From the NCBI GenBank assembly GCA_944380395.1, contig CALWHM010000005.1, forward strand, positions 217-64,216: 64,000 nucleotides of DNA, read 5' to 3'. Positions 1-9,830 of the stretch are shown piece by piece (position 1 is the stretch's first letter; every line of letters begins with the position of its first letter). The position numbers and the translations under genes were made by a program. The DNA is from an uncultured Clostridia bacterium. Its GTDB lineage: Bacteria > Bacillota > Clostridia > Christensenellales > UBA3700. The notes beneath the pieces are model-generated. The model worked only from the letters and a program-made list of their open reading frames with translations. It was not told where the DNA came from and did no database searches.

Positions 1-401
1 TCGGGATGGTCGTGGGTAACGCAGGTGACGGCTTTTGCCAACTCTTTTACTTGCTCACGGCTGTCGGCGGCATAGGCAGCGGCGCTTACTCGCATAGCCG
101 AACCGTTGCCGTAACTGTGGTAAGCGGGCATATTATCTGAAAACATCCACACATTAAATCTTCCGCCGTATCCGCAGCCGGGGTAGTGTCTGCCCACTTC
201 ACGCATGGTAAGGGCGGCGGTCTCTTGCAGGCGGGAATAGTTTCCGCCGCATTGCAAAATCGCTTTTGCAACGGCAAGCGTCATTACGGTATCGTCGGTA
301 AAAAAGCAATTTTTCGCAAATAATTCAAAGTCTTTTTTGCGGTAATTGTTAAATTCGAATCGTGAACCGGCTATATCGCCGATGATTGCGCCGTAAAGCA
401 T
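1..401 (-). CDS. ADP-ribosylglycohydrolase family protein (5' part; runs off window start)
   Basis: Manual translation from ATG at 401 (RBS GGGGAGG): MLYGAIIGDIAGSRFEF...FTDDTVMTLAVA...GYGG...SYGNGSAMRVS...VTHDHP, which contains the GD, TDD, GNGSAMR and TH motifs of DraG/ARH enzymes. Not in the ORF track. Confidence 0.9.
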   Translation of the reverse strand, partial: MLYGAIIGDIAGSRFEFNNYRKKDFELFAKNCFFTDDTVMTLAVAKAILQCGGNYSRLQETAALTMREVGRHYPGCGYGGRFNVWMFSDNMPAYHSYGNGSAMRVSAAAYAADSREQVKELAKAVTCVTHDHP

Positions 402-791
402 ATGCGCCTCCCCGTTTTTTTCGATTATATCATATTTAACGGTAAAAGTCAAAGCGGCGGAGTATAACCCGTTACTTGCTCCGCCCATACCTTCCCGCAA
501 GCGGCGAAGATATAAGTTTTTCCGCGTCTTCTTTATCAGCCTGTTATGATAGACAACAATCTTTACTATTTCGAGTGCTTACATATGCAACTGTTCCAAT
601 ATTTCGTGCGTTTCGGGAAGGACGCGTTTGTGATCAGTCCCGAGCAATTGAGGGACAGGATAAAGCGCTTTTATATCGGCGGATTGAAAAGTTACGGAAA
701 AACAGATAAGCCGTAAAATGTTTTATCTATTCTGCAATAAATAGCTTACCCCTTTACATCGTCCGATATAATATGTATAATAAATAAGGAT

Positions 792-1280
792 ATGTATGAA
801 CCGCTTACGGATTACTTGCAGCCGCTGCGCAGTCTGAAAAAAGTCGGCGTTATACGTGGCGAAATTTATGACGAAGAGGGGAATGTCGTGAAAATGACGC
901 GCCCCTATATGGACTATTGCCCTACGGTAAAGGAATTTATCAAGGCGGTCATATTCTTTAACGAAGACCACCCCGAATTCAAAATGATGAACTATATGAG
1001 AACGCTCAAAACGCGCGGCATATTTTGGAGCATGACGACTATGAAAAACTGCGACGTCGCCCATGCCGACAGCAAGACGATTTTGAGTTTGCTTATGGGT
1101 TTGATCCGCGGCGAATTTTTCTCTGCGGGCATTATCGGCGAATATTTCTGCGAAGGGTATATCTTCAAATGGCTGGAACGGCTCAAACAGCTGGACGATA
1201 AAGCAAAAGTCCGCGCCGCCCGTGCCGCCGCCCGCGCAAACGGCGCCTCCGGCTCTTCTCGTACTTCCCGCAAATCATAA
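792..1280 (+). CDS. DUF6508-like hypothetical protein
   Basis: 162-aa ORF with RBS (AAGGA); C-terminal LL.GLIRGEFFSAG......EG.I.KWLERLK pattern resembles DUF6508. Confidence 0.6.
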   Translation: MYEPLTDYLQPLRSLKKVGVIRGEIYDEEGNVVKMTRPYMDYCPTVKEFIKAVIFFNEDHPEFKMMNYMRTLKTRGIFWSMTTMKNCDVAHADSKTILSLLMGLIRGEFFSAGIIGEYFCEGYIFKWLERLKQLDDKAKVRAARAAARANGASGSSRTSRKS

Positions 1281-1475
1281 GAATCGCTCAAGGGCGGATT
1301 TTTAATGTGATGCCGGATTATAAACCTGTCAATATAAGACGTATTATGTTCGTATTTTCTATAAAACAACATAAAAATCACTCCTCAAATGTAAAACTTT
1401 CAATTTAAGTCTTGAAAACAACGTCAAAATATGATAAATTAACGCTAGAAAATACGCTAATGAAAAGGGGAAAAT

Positions 1476-3083
1476 ATGAAGAAAAAGTTGTGGTTGGCTA
1501 TCATCATACTAGCGCTGATCACAGCCGTAGTATTCGTATTTTGCGCATGCAATGATGATCCGGAAACTTCGCCCGAAGAACTTCTCCCCGAAGACAATTT
1601 GGAAGATCCAAACCTTGAAGATATCCCGGAATTAGAAGAGAGTAAGTGCAAGATAACATTTATAGGCCTAAACGACGAAATCATAGCAGAGATAGAAGTA
1701 AAGGAAGGAGAAAAGATAGTTCCTCCCGAAGCCAAGCAATATGACGGATATGTATTTAAGGAATGGGAAATGCCGTCCGAGACAGCCGCAACGGATATGA
1801 CCGTTACGGCCATATACGCCAAGCTGTACAAGATAACCGTTAAATTTTCAGGGATTAATATTCAAGAGCAAGAGTATACGATAGAGGAAGGCTTGCTTAT
1901 TTCGGATAAGGTAAATTTGCAAAGCGTTCAAGCTCTTATCCCGGACGGGTATTACGTAACGGGAGATTATGCGGAAGAGTATTCATACAATAGGGCAGTA
2001 ATTAAAGACATTGTATTGGAGATACAATGCGCCAAGATGGTATACACCGTAACGTTAAACGGCAATGTAAAAGATATTCCCTTGCAGACAGAGCAGATAG
2101 AATACGGTGAGATATATACCCCTACGAACATAAGCGCAAATGGGTATATATTCAAAGGGTGGTATACGGATAAAGAGTGCACCAAGCCATATGAACCGCA
2201 GGAGATAAAGGCAGACCTTACGCTATATGCCAAATGGGAGGAAGTTACCGAAGATACGCATATAGAGCTTGCAACAGACGAAGATATAGAGATACTCAAA
2301 GCAAACCCTTATGCACAATATACAATAACGGGAAATATAGATTTTGCCAAGATAGCGGAAGCGGATATACCATTATTTACGGGCGTCTTAGACGGCAATA
2401 ACAAAACGGCGATATTGGGCAACAAGCCGCTATTCAAGGAAAACAAGGGCACGATACGCAACTTTGATATACAAGTGCAGGCAGACAACGCGGAGATATA
2501 TAAACAAGAAGACAAGAGCAACTTTGCATACGGCGCAATATGCGCCATAAATACGGGCACAATAGAGAATTGCACCATAAGCGGCAGTATTACCATCGTT
2601 TCGGATAAAGCAGTTTATATAGGCGGAGTGTGCGGCATAAATAACGGTGATATTAAAGGCGTATCCGTGGATATCGAAATACTATGCGAACAACCGGCTG
2701 CACAAAGTGCCATAGGCGGCGTTGCGGGAAGTATCTCAGCTGTTAATACAACCATATCCGATATAACGTGCGATGTAAAAATATTGAGTGATAGCACCGC
2801 TATCCGCTATTGCGGCGGAATAGTTGGCATAATATCTACTTCGGATATCACTCTTTCCGATATAACCATATATGCCGAAATAACAGGTATGGTTGCGGGA
2901 GGAATAATAGGACAAACAACTGCGAAATGGACAACACTATCCGGGAAAATAAATATCGAGACTGTCTTTACAAATTGCGGAATTGAAGACTGTATAGTAG
3001 GTTTTGATAACGATATACCTATGATAGATATTTCAGAAGGCACAATTATTACGGTAAACGGAAAACCGTATGACGGGATATAA
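1476..3083 (+). CDS. Lipoprotein with InlB B-repeat (Listeria-Bacteroides repeat) and GLUG-like beta-helix domains
   Basis: Signal peptide ending FCAC; GYVFKEW and GYIFKGWYTD...DLTLYAKW repeats; YIGGVCG/IGGVAG/CGGIVG GLUG motifs. Confidence 0.8.
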   Translation: MKKKLWLAIIILALITAVVFVFCACNDDPETSPEELLPEDNLEDPNLEDIPELEESKCKITFIGLNDEIIAEIEVKEGEKIVPPEAKQYDGYVFKEWEMPSETAATDMTVTAIYAKLYKITVKFSGINIQEQEYTIEEGLLISDKVNLQSVQALIPDGYYVTGDYAEEYSYNRAVIKDIVLEIQCAKMVYTVTLNGNVKDIPLQTEQIEYGEIYTPTNISANGYIFKGWYTDKECTKPYEPQEIKADLTLYAKWEEVTEDTHIELATDEDIEILKANPYAQYTITGNIDFAKIAEADIPLFTGVLDGNNKTAILGNKPLFKENKGTIRNFDIQVQADNAEIYKQEDKSNFAYGAICAINTGTIENCTISGSITIVSDKAVYIGGVCGINNGDIKGVSVDIEILCEQPAAQSAIGGVAGSISAVNTTISDITCDVKILSDSTAIRYCGGIVGIISTSDITLSDITIYAEITGMVAGGIIGQTTAKWTTLSGKINIETVFTNCGIEDCIVGFDNDIPMIDISEGTIITVNGKPYDGI

Positions 3084-3098
3084 GTAAAAGAATAAGCG
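2988..3098 (+). repeat. Direct repeat copy 1 (3' end of lipoprotein gene)
   Basis: GACTGTATAGTAGGTTTTGATAACGATATACCTATGAT...CCGTATGA...AAAGAATAAGCG, repeated imperfectly at 4223-4332. Confidence 0.85.
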
Positions 3099-3224
3099 AT
3101 AGTACATATGAAGGTGTATTTTGCAAAATTTTTTATCTTATAAACCATTGATATTTATTATCGCGTATGCTAAAATTTCATTAGATTAAAGGACGAAGAG
3201 TTCGTCTAAACGAGAGGGAAATAT

Positions 3225-4121
3225 ATGATAAACGATGGTTTTGTAAGCAGAAGTTTTATGCAAATCGTCAGGGCGGTTTTGCAGGAATTCGGATGTGAAG
3301 AAAGAGAGTTGGATTTGGATAGAGCGAGCGTCAAAGCCCTTGATTTATTGAACCATACCCAAACATTGGAAGACGCGATGTCCGTATGCAAGATGTACGG
3401 AATTTTGCGCAGGAACGAAGAGATTATAAAGAGGATGCTTGTGCGCCAACGCGCCGCATACAATATGGTGGAAGAGGATAATTACTATATTTTAGCGCGT
3501 GCGGAGAAAGACGAAGTGCACAGGATATATTATGTCACCAACGCAATGAGGCGCACGCCGGAAGATATGCTGATCTCCTCCGTATCGCTTGAAGAGACGC
3601 ACGCGTTTTCCGTAAGAAGGAGCGGCGAAAACACCGTATTTTCATACGGTAATTATTACTTGAAAGGTGCGTCTTCGGTATTGGAAGCGGATATATTTTC
3701 CGCCGCAGACGATAAACTTGTGTGCACGGTATGCGCCGAGATAGGAGCGGATAACAAATTCAAGTTCAAGTTGAAAAACAACAACTCCGAATACCATATC
3801 GCGCCCGATAACGGCTATATATGCTTTTACGATATGAAGTATATGAACACCTTGCTGAAAGGGGAGCTGATAAACACGGACAAGAAAGTTGCGGACTTGG
3901 AGTGGAGCCCTACGGACGAGCAGGAAGACTACATCTCCGTGGGCAGACTTACGCTATTCAAAGGCAGCTTTGACGAAGCGGAATTGCTGTTCCTTATCAC
4001 CGCCGCGATAGAGGAGATCTACCGCAGATATATGACCTCCCTGAACCTGGACAACAGCGAAATAAAGCGTATCCGCGACGAGCTGCCCTATATGGAACTG
4101 CGCGGCGGAAGCCGATACTGA
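3225..4121 (+). CDS. Hypothetical protein
   Basis: 298-aa ORF with RBS GAGAGGG; no motif recognised. Confidence 0.75.
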   Translation: MINDGFVSRSFMQIVRAVLQEFGCEERELDLDRASVKALDLLNHTQTLEDAMSVCKMYGILRRNEEIIKRMLVRQRAAYNMVEEDNYYILARAEKDEVHRIYYVTNAMRRTPEDMLISSVSLEETHAFSVRRSGENTVFSYGNYYLKGASSVLEADIFSAADDKLVCTVCAEIGADNKFKFKLKNNNSEYHIAPDNGYICFYDMKYMNTLLKGELINTDKKVADLEWSPTDEQEDYISVGRLTLFKGSFDEAELLFLITAAIEEIYRRYMTSLNLDNSEIKRIRDELPYMELRGGSRY

Positions 4122-4222
4122 AAAACAAGTTCCGGATAGGTATAATGGTAAGTAATATAAAAACCATATAGCTTATATGCAAAACTTCGATAAGTTGTAA
4201 AATAGAATATCGGCAAGAGTGA

Positions 4223-4332
4223 GACTGCATAATAGGTTTTGATAACGATATACCTATGATAAATATTTCCGAAGGCGCAATTATTACAGTAAACGGAAAA
4301 CCGTATGAAGGCAGATAGGGAAAGAATAAGCG
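4223..4332 (+). pseudogene. Orphan fragment paralogous to the 3' end of the 1476-3083 lipoprotein gene (direct repeat copy 2)
   Basis: Translates DCIIGFDNDIPMINISEGAIITVNGKPYEGR* versus DCIVGFDNDIPMIDISEGTIITVNGKPYDGI*. Confidence 0.8.
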
Positions 4333-4496
4333 GGGCGATGTATAAAGTTGCGGTGCTCACTCTTTTTCAACGTGCGATAGTTTAAGTTGCGTTTCTCTTT
4401 TTCATATCCTTTTTACGGTAGGTATTTACATTTATAAAATTGTGTGTTATAATTGAGAAGAAGTCAAAGGGACTTACCTTTGGCGTGGAGGGAATT

Positions 4497-5528
4497 ATGC
4501 AGACATTACTCTCGGAAGGCGATTTGCTGGATGAAAACGGTAAACTTATTCAGGCGGGTTATTCCACCTATCTTGCCAAGAAGTATGACAGGAGCAAAAT
4601 AAAGGCTTCCAAATTGAGGATAAAGGAATGGGATTATTACGCCGTTACCGACGGGGAAGTTTTTCTTTGCCTTACGATTGCGGACATAGGGTATATTTCA
4701 ATGGCGAGCGTTTCGCTGATAGACACGCATTCGCGCGCGTACAAGACGCAGTCGGCGATAGGATTGCTGCCGCTGGGAAAGACGGGGTTCCCGTCCACAT
4801 ATGAAAGAGGGGACGTTTCTTTGCGCGTGATGGGCAAAAAGCTCTCATTTGTGAACGACGGGATTTATCGCAGACTTTATTGCGAATATCCCAAATTCCG
4901 CGACGGGAAGACGCTGGTTGCGGACATCACTCTTTCCGCTCAGCAGCCGGAAAATATGGTTATTGCCACGCCGTTTGAAGGCAACGACAAGGCGTTTTAT
5001 TACAACGCCAAGTTAAATTGTATGACCGCTTCGGGTTATTTTGAGTTGGGCGGCGCGCGCCGCGACTTCGATCCGGGCAAGTCTCTTGCCGTGCTGGATT
5101 GGGGCAGAGGCGTATGGACATATGAAAATACTTGGTATTGGAGCAGTCTGTCGACATATGTGGACGGGGAAAAGTTCGGCTTCAATCTGGGATACGGGTT
5201 CGGAGATACGTCCGCGGCGTCCGAAAATATGCTGTTTTACGGCGGAAAGGCGCACAAGTTGGGCAGGGTAAAGTTCGATATTCCCGCTCTGCCCGGCGGA
5301 GAGAGCGATTTTGAAGGGGAATGGAAGATGACGGACGATGAAGGCAGGCTGGATCTTACCTTCCGCCCGGATGTGGACAGGCGCGACGGCTTGAGTTTGG
5401 GCGTGCTGTGCACCCGTCAGCATCAGGTGTTCGGCGGATTTTACGGCACGGCAAAGCTGGACGACGGCAGCATAATTACACTCAACGGACAAAGGGGGTT
5501 TGCGGAGAAAGTTTACAATAAATGGTGA
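4497..5528 (+). CDS. DUF2804 family protein
   Basis: KEWDYY, LDWGRGVW.Y...WYW, GFNLGYGFGD, ENM.FY.G.AHKL and HQVFG motifs; ATG after GGAGG. Confidence 0.85.
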   Translation: MQTLLSEGDLLDENGKLIQAGYSTYLAKKYDRSKIKASKLRIKEWDYYAVTDGEVFLCLTIADIGYISMASVSLIDTHSRAYKTQSAIGLLPLGKTGFPSTYERGDVSLRVMGKKLSFVNDGIYRRLYCEYPKFRDGKTLVADITLSAQQPENMVIATPFEGNDKAFYYNAKLNCMTASGYFELGGARRDFDPGKSLAVLDWGRGVWTYENTWYWSSLSTYVDGEKFGFNLGYGFGDTSAASENMLFYGGKAHKLGRVKFDIPALPGGESDFEGEWKMTDDEGRLDLTFRPDVDRRDGLSLGVLCTRQHQVFGGFYGTAKLDDGSIITLNGQRGFAEKVYNKW

Positions 5529-5543
5529 TCCGCTAAGAAAAAT

Positions 5544-6077
5544 ATGAACGTTTGGCACGATTTGGATGAAAGTAGGGTGGCTCCCGAAGATTTTATCGCC
5601 TGTATAGAGATCTCTAAAGGCAGCAAAAACAAGTATGAAGTGGATAAGGATACGGGCATGCTCATTTTGGACCGTATTTTATACACGTCCACGCATTATC
5701 CCGCAAACTACGGATTTATTCCCCGCACGTTTGCCGACGACGGGGATCCTCTGGACGTGCTGGTGCTGTGCAGCGAACCGCTTGTGCCGCTGTCTTTGGT
5801 GAGGTGCTATCCCATAGGGCATATCACGATGATAGATGACGGCGCGGAGGATATAAAGGTCATAGCGGTGCCGTTTAAGGAGCCGAATATGAACTGCTAT
5901 GAGGACATATCTCAGCTTCCGCCGCATATATTGAGCGAGATAAAGCACTTCTTCGGCGTGTATAAGCAGTTGGAAGGCAAGATAATGACGGTGCTGGAAA
6001 TATACGGCAGGCAGGATACGGATAAAGTCATCGCAAAGGCGATGGCGGAATACAAAAAGCGTTACGTAAAGGAGTAA
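5544..6077 (+). CDS. ppa: Inorganic pyrophosphatase (family I)
   Basis: KNKYE, YPANYGFIPRT, DDGDPLDV signature. Confidence 0.97.
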   Translation: MNVWHDLDESRVAPEDFIACIEISKGSKNKYEVDKDTGMLILDRILYTSTHYPANYGFIPRTFADDGDPLDVLVLCSEPLVPLSLVRCYPIGHITMIDDGAEDIKVIAVPFKEPNMNCYEDISQLPPHILSEIKHFFGVYKQLEGKIMTVLEIYGRQDTDKVIAKAMAEYKKRYVKE

Positions 6078-6078
6078 A

Positions 6079-7605
6079 ATGACGCGTTTGGCTGTCTACC
6101 GCCCTCCGTTATGGATAGCGGCAGGTATTGTCGCGGGTGTTTCCGCGGCATTTTTCATGTCCGTTTATATAACGGCGGCGCTGAGCATATTACTTTGCTT
6201 TGCCGCCATGGTAACGGCGGTTATGGGAAAGGCGAAAAAGGAGCTTATCCTTGTTGCCGCGGGAATGCTTCTTGGTGTGACGGCAGCCACCCTATATTCT
6301 GCATTTTTCCCTTCGGGGAGTTATGAAGGGGTTATTACGGGCAGGATAACGGACTCTTCTTATTGCAACTCGTACGGGCTTTGCGTGCTTACGGAAAACG
6401 GATATTCGCTCGAACTCGACCATATCACCGTGAACGGAGAGGCGGTGCGCGGGAAGGCAAGTTTGCTCTTGCCGTTTTATGTGCGCGGCGATATGAACGT
6501 GGGCGAATACATAACGTTCGGCGGCAGTCTGACGGGCGCGGAATTTAACGCCGGGGAGTATGACAGTTTGATGAGCGCCAAATACGGCGTGTATTATACG
6601 GCTGCGGCGACTGACTATGCGATTTCGCTTACGCCGGGCAAATTGGGCGCGGCGGAGAGCGTGCGCTTTGCGGTGAGAAACGCGCTTTTGGATAATTGCA
6701 ACGGCGTGACCGCGGATTTTCTGTTCGCTATGATATTCGGCGATACTTCATATCTGGAGTATTCCGTGGCGGAGTCCTTCCGCGACACGGGCACGGCGCA
6801 TTTATTCGCCGTGTCGGGACTTCATGTGGCGCTGTTGTTCTATGCGTGCTCCGCCGTGCTGAATAAGATACCGCATATGCCTAAAAGCATATCTTTCGGG
6901 ATAGACTGCTTTATTTTGATAGGATACAGCGCGCTTTGTTCTTTTTCTCCGTCTGTGGTGAGAAGCGCGGTAATGATACTCATTGGCGTGCTGTGCAAGT
7001 TGGGATATGAGCAATACGACGCGCTTACGGCTTGCGGCATTTCCGCAGGATTGATATTGCTGTTTGCGCCGTATTTTCTGTTCGACGCGGGCTTTTTGAT
7101 GAGTTACGGCTCGGTATTCGGGATAATCGGCACGATGAAACCGGTGGCAAGGCTGCTGCGCAAGGTGCTTTGGCAGCCCATTGCGGACGCCATCTCCATA
7201 ACGATTTGCGCAAATATAGGGCTTTTGCCGTTTATGTTTTTGTATTTTGAAACGGTTCCGCTTTCCACCATTCCCGTGAACCTGGTGGTGTGTCCGCTAA
7301 CTTCGCTTTTTTATCCGTTCCTGCTTGCCGCCGTGGTGATCACTACGATATTTCCGCAGGCGGGAACGCTGCTCACCATCGTTGCCGTTCCCACATATTA
7401 TGCAATACGCTTCGTGCAGGCTTCCGCGCAAGTTTCGTCCGCGGCGATCAATGCCACATTTTCGCCGCTTTTGTGCGTATTCTACTATCCGCTGCTTGCG
7501 TGCGCTTCCGTGTTTTCCATGGCCCCGGCGCGTATCAAAAAAGCGTGCGGGCTTCTCTGCCTGGGCATAGTGGTGACGGCTTGCTTTGTAGCACTGCCCG
7601 TTTAA
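6079..7605 (+). CDS. comEC: ComEC/Rec2 competence membrane protein (no C-terminal beta-lactamase-like domain)
   Basis: GTAHLFAVSGLHV, SPSVVRS and GFLMSY motifs; many TM helices. Confidence 0.9.
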   Translation: MTRLAVYRPPLWIAAGIVAGVSAAFFMSVYITAALSILLCFAAMVTAVMGKAKKELILVAAGMLLGVTAATLYSAFFPSGSYEGVITGRITDSSYCNSYGLCVLTENGYSLELDHITVNGEAVRGKASLLLPFYVRGDMNVGEYITFGGSLTGAEFNAGEYDSLMSAKYGVYYTAAATDYAISLTPGKLGAAESVRFAVRNALLDNCNGVTADFLFAMIFGDTSYLEYSVAESFRDTGTAHLFAVSGLHVALLFYACSAVLNKIPHMPKSISFGIDCFILIGYSALCSFSPSVVRSAVMILIGVLCKLGYEQYDALTACGISAGLILLFAPYFLFDAGFLMSYGSVFGIIGTMKPVARLLRKVLWQPIADAISITICANIGLLPFMFLYFETVPLSTIPVNLVVCPLTSLFYPFLLAAVVITTIFPQAGTLLTIVAVPTYYAIRFVQASAQVSSAAINATFSPLLCVFYYPLLACASVFSMAPARIKKACGLLCLGIVVTACFVALPV

Positions 7606-7684
7606 GACATATTGCCCGCGCGTTGCCTTGACATTTATTTTGCGTTGTACTAATATTATAATGATTATACGTTTCGGAGGCTTT

Positions 7685-8677
7685 ATGCAGAAAAAATACA
7701 CCGCGCCTATGGATTTAATAACCACCCAGCAGGCGATCAAATTCACAAAAGATACGTTTGAGCGCAATCTTGCGCACGCGCTGGAACTCACCCGCGTTTC
7801 CGCGCCGCTTTTCGTGCTGCGCGACAGCGGTCTGAACGACAACCTCAACGGCTACGAGCGCGCCGTGTCTTTCGATATATTGCAGACGGGCGAGACGGCG
7901 GAAGTGGTGCATTCCCTTGCCAAGTGGAAGAGGTATGCGCTGCGTCAATACGGATTTCCCGTGCACAAAGGACTTTACACGGATATGAACGCCATTCGCC
8001 GCGACGAAGTGTGCGACGCTCTGCACTCATTGTATGTGGATCAATGGGATTGGGAAAAAGTCATCACGGCGGAGGACAGGACGATAGAGTATTTGCGCGA
8101 CACGGTCATGCGCATTTACGGCGCGATACGCGAAACGGCGTTGCAGGCATGCGAGAAGTACGGCGTATTGCAAAACTTTTTGAGCGAGCAGATAACGTTC
8201 GTGACCACGCAGGAGCTGGAAGATATGTATCCCGACCTTATGCCGTCGGAGCGCGAAACCGCCTTTGTGCGCGAGCGCGGTTCGGCGTTCATATGCGGCA
8301 TAGGCGCGCCGCTCAAATCGGGCAAGCCGCATGACGGCAGGGCGCCCGACTATGACGATTGGGCGCTGAACGGGGATATAGTGCTCTATTACCCCGTGCT
8401 TGACAGGGCTTTTGAAGTGTCAAGTATGGGCATAAGGGTGGACGCCCGCTCTTTGGAGGAGCAGCTCAAAGCCACGGGGTCGGAAGGCAGGGCAAAGCTG
8501 CCTTATCACAAGGAATTGCTGGCAGGGCGCCTGCCTCTTACGATAGGCGGGGGCATAGGTCAGTCCAGATTGTGTATGTATATCCTCAACCGTGCGCATA
8601 TCGGCGAAGTGCAAGCCAGCATTTGGCCCGAATGGGAGAGAAAAAGCTGCCTGGAAAGGGGCATAACGCTGCTGTAA
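7685..8677 (+). CDS. asnA: Aspartate-ammonia ligase
   Basis: VVHSLAKWKR, YVDQWDWE, HDGRAPDYDDW, TIGGGIGQSR, HIGEVQ. Confidence 0.97.
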   Translation: MQKKYTAPMDLITTQQAIKFTKDTFERNLAHALELTRVSAPLFVLRDSGLNDNLNGYERAVSFDILQTGETAEVVHSLAKWKRYALRQYGFPVHKGLYTDMNAIRRDEVCDALHSLYVDQWDWEKVITAEDRTIEYLRDTVMRIYGAIRETALQACEKYGVLQNFLSEQITFVTTQELEDMYPDLMPSERETAFVRERGSAFICGIGAPLKSGKPHDGRAPDYDDWALNGDIVLYYPVLDRAFEVSSMGIRVDARSLEEQLKATGSEGRAKLPYHKELLAGRLPLTIGGGIGQSRLCMYILNRAHIGEVQASIWPEWERKSCLERGITLL

Positions 8678-8693
8678 GGCAAAAGGAGATAAT

Positions 8694-9785
8694 ATGAAAC
8701 TCGGAGTTGTAGGACTTCCCAATGTGGGCAAGAGCACCTTATTCAATGCGATAACTCAGGCGGGCGCGGAGTGCGCCAACTATCCGTTTTGCACCATAGA
8801 ACCCAATGTGGGAGTGGTGGCGGTGCCGGACGAAAGACTGGACAAGCTGGCGGCGCTTTACAACAGCAAAAAAATCACGCCCACGGTACTGGAATTCGTG
8901 GACATAGCGGGACTTGTGAAAGGCGCTTCCCACGGGGAGGGCTTGGGCAATAAATTTCTCTCGCACATACGCGAAACGGACGCGATAGTGCATGTGGTGC
9001 GCTGCTTCGACGATGAAAACATCACTCATGTGGACGGCAGCATAGACCCGCTGCGCGATATAGAGATAATAGAGTACGAACTCATCTTTGCGGATATGGA
9101 CACCGTGCAAAAGCGCAGCGCAAAGGCGCGCACTTCCGCGAAGGGCGGGGATAAAAAGTACGCGTGGGAAGCGGATGTTCTGGATGCGGTTTACGCCAAA
9201 TTGGAACAGGGTATCCCCGCGCGTATGATGGACTTTACGGAAGAAGAGCGAGAAGTGGTGGACAACTGCTTTTTGCTCACGGAAAAGCCCGTCATCTATG
9301 CGGCGAATATAGCCGAAAGTGAGATAGGCAAGCCGGATAACGATTATGTGAAAGCGGTGAAAAAATACGCCGCGGAGCATCGCTCGGACGCGATAGTGCT
9401 CTGCGCCAAGATAGAAGAAGACCTTGCCGGTATGAGCGAAGAGGACAAGCAGATGTTCCGCGAGGAGCTGGGCTTGGAGGAAAGCGGACTTGACATATTG
9501 GTAAAGGCGTGCTACAGGCTGCTGGGACTTATCAGCTATCTCACCGCGGGAGAGAAAGAGACCAGAGCCTGGACGATAAAAGAGGGCACGAAAGCGCCGC
9601 AGGCGGCGGGCAAGATACACAGCGATTTTGAAAAAGGCTTTATCCGTGCGGAAGTGGTGGATTGGCGCACGCTGCTGGAATGCGGCTCTTACACCGCGGC
9701 AAAAGAAAAGGGCAAAGTGCGCAGCGAGGGCAAGGACTACGTCGTAAAGGACGGCGACGTGATACTTTTCCGCTTTAACGTATAA
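8694..9785 (+). CDS. ychF: Redox-regulated ATPase YchF
   Basis: [45 protein letters not shown]. Confidence 0.98.
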   Translation: MKLGVVGLPNVGKSTLFNAITQAGAECANYPFCTIEPNVGVVAVPDERLDKLAALYNSKKITPTVLEFVDIAGLVKGASHGEGLGNKFLSHIRETDAIVHVVRCFDDENITHVDGSIDPLRDIEIIEYELIFADMDTVQKRSAKARTSAKGGDKKYAWEADVLDAVYAKLEQGIPARMMDFTEEEREVVDNCFLLTEKPVIYAANIAESEIGKPDNDYVKAVKKYAAEHRSDAIVLCAKIEEDLAGMSEEDKQMFREELGLEESGLDILVKACYRLLGLISYLTAGEKETRAWTIKEGTKAPQAAGKIHSDFEKGFIRAEVVDWRTLLECGSYTAAKEKGKVRSEGKDYVVKDGDVILFRFNV

Positions 9786-9830
9786 AAAGGCAGCGGCAGT
9801 ATAAAAGCAGACAGGTGCAGGGAAAGGAAT

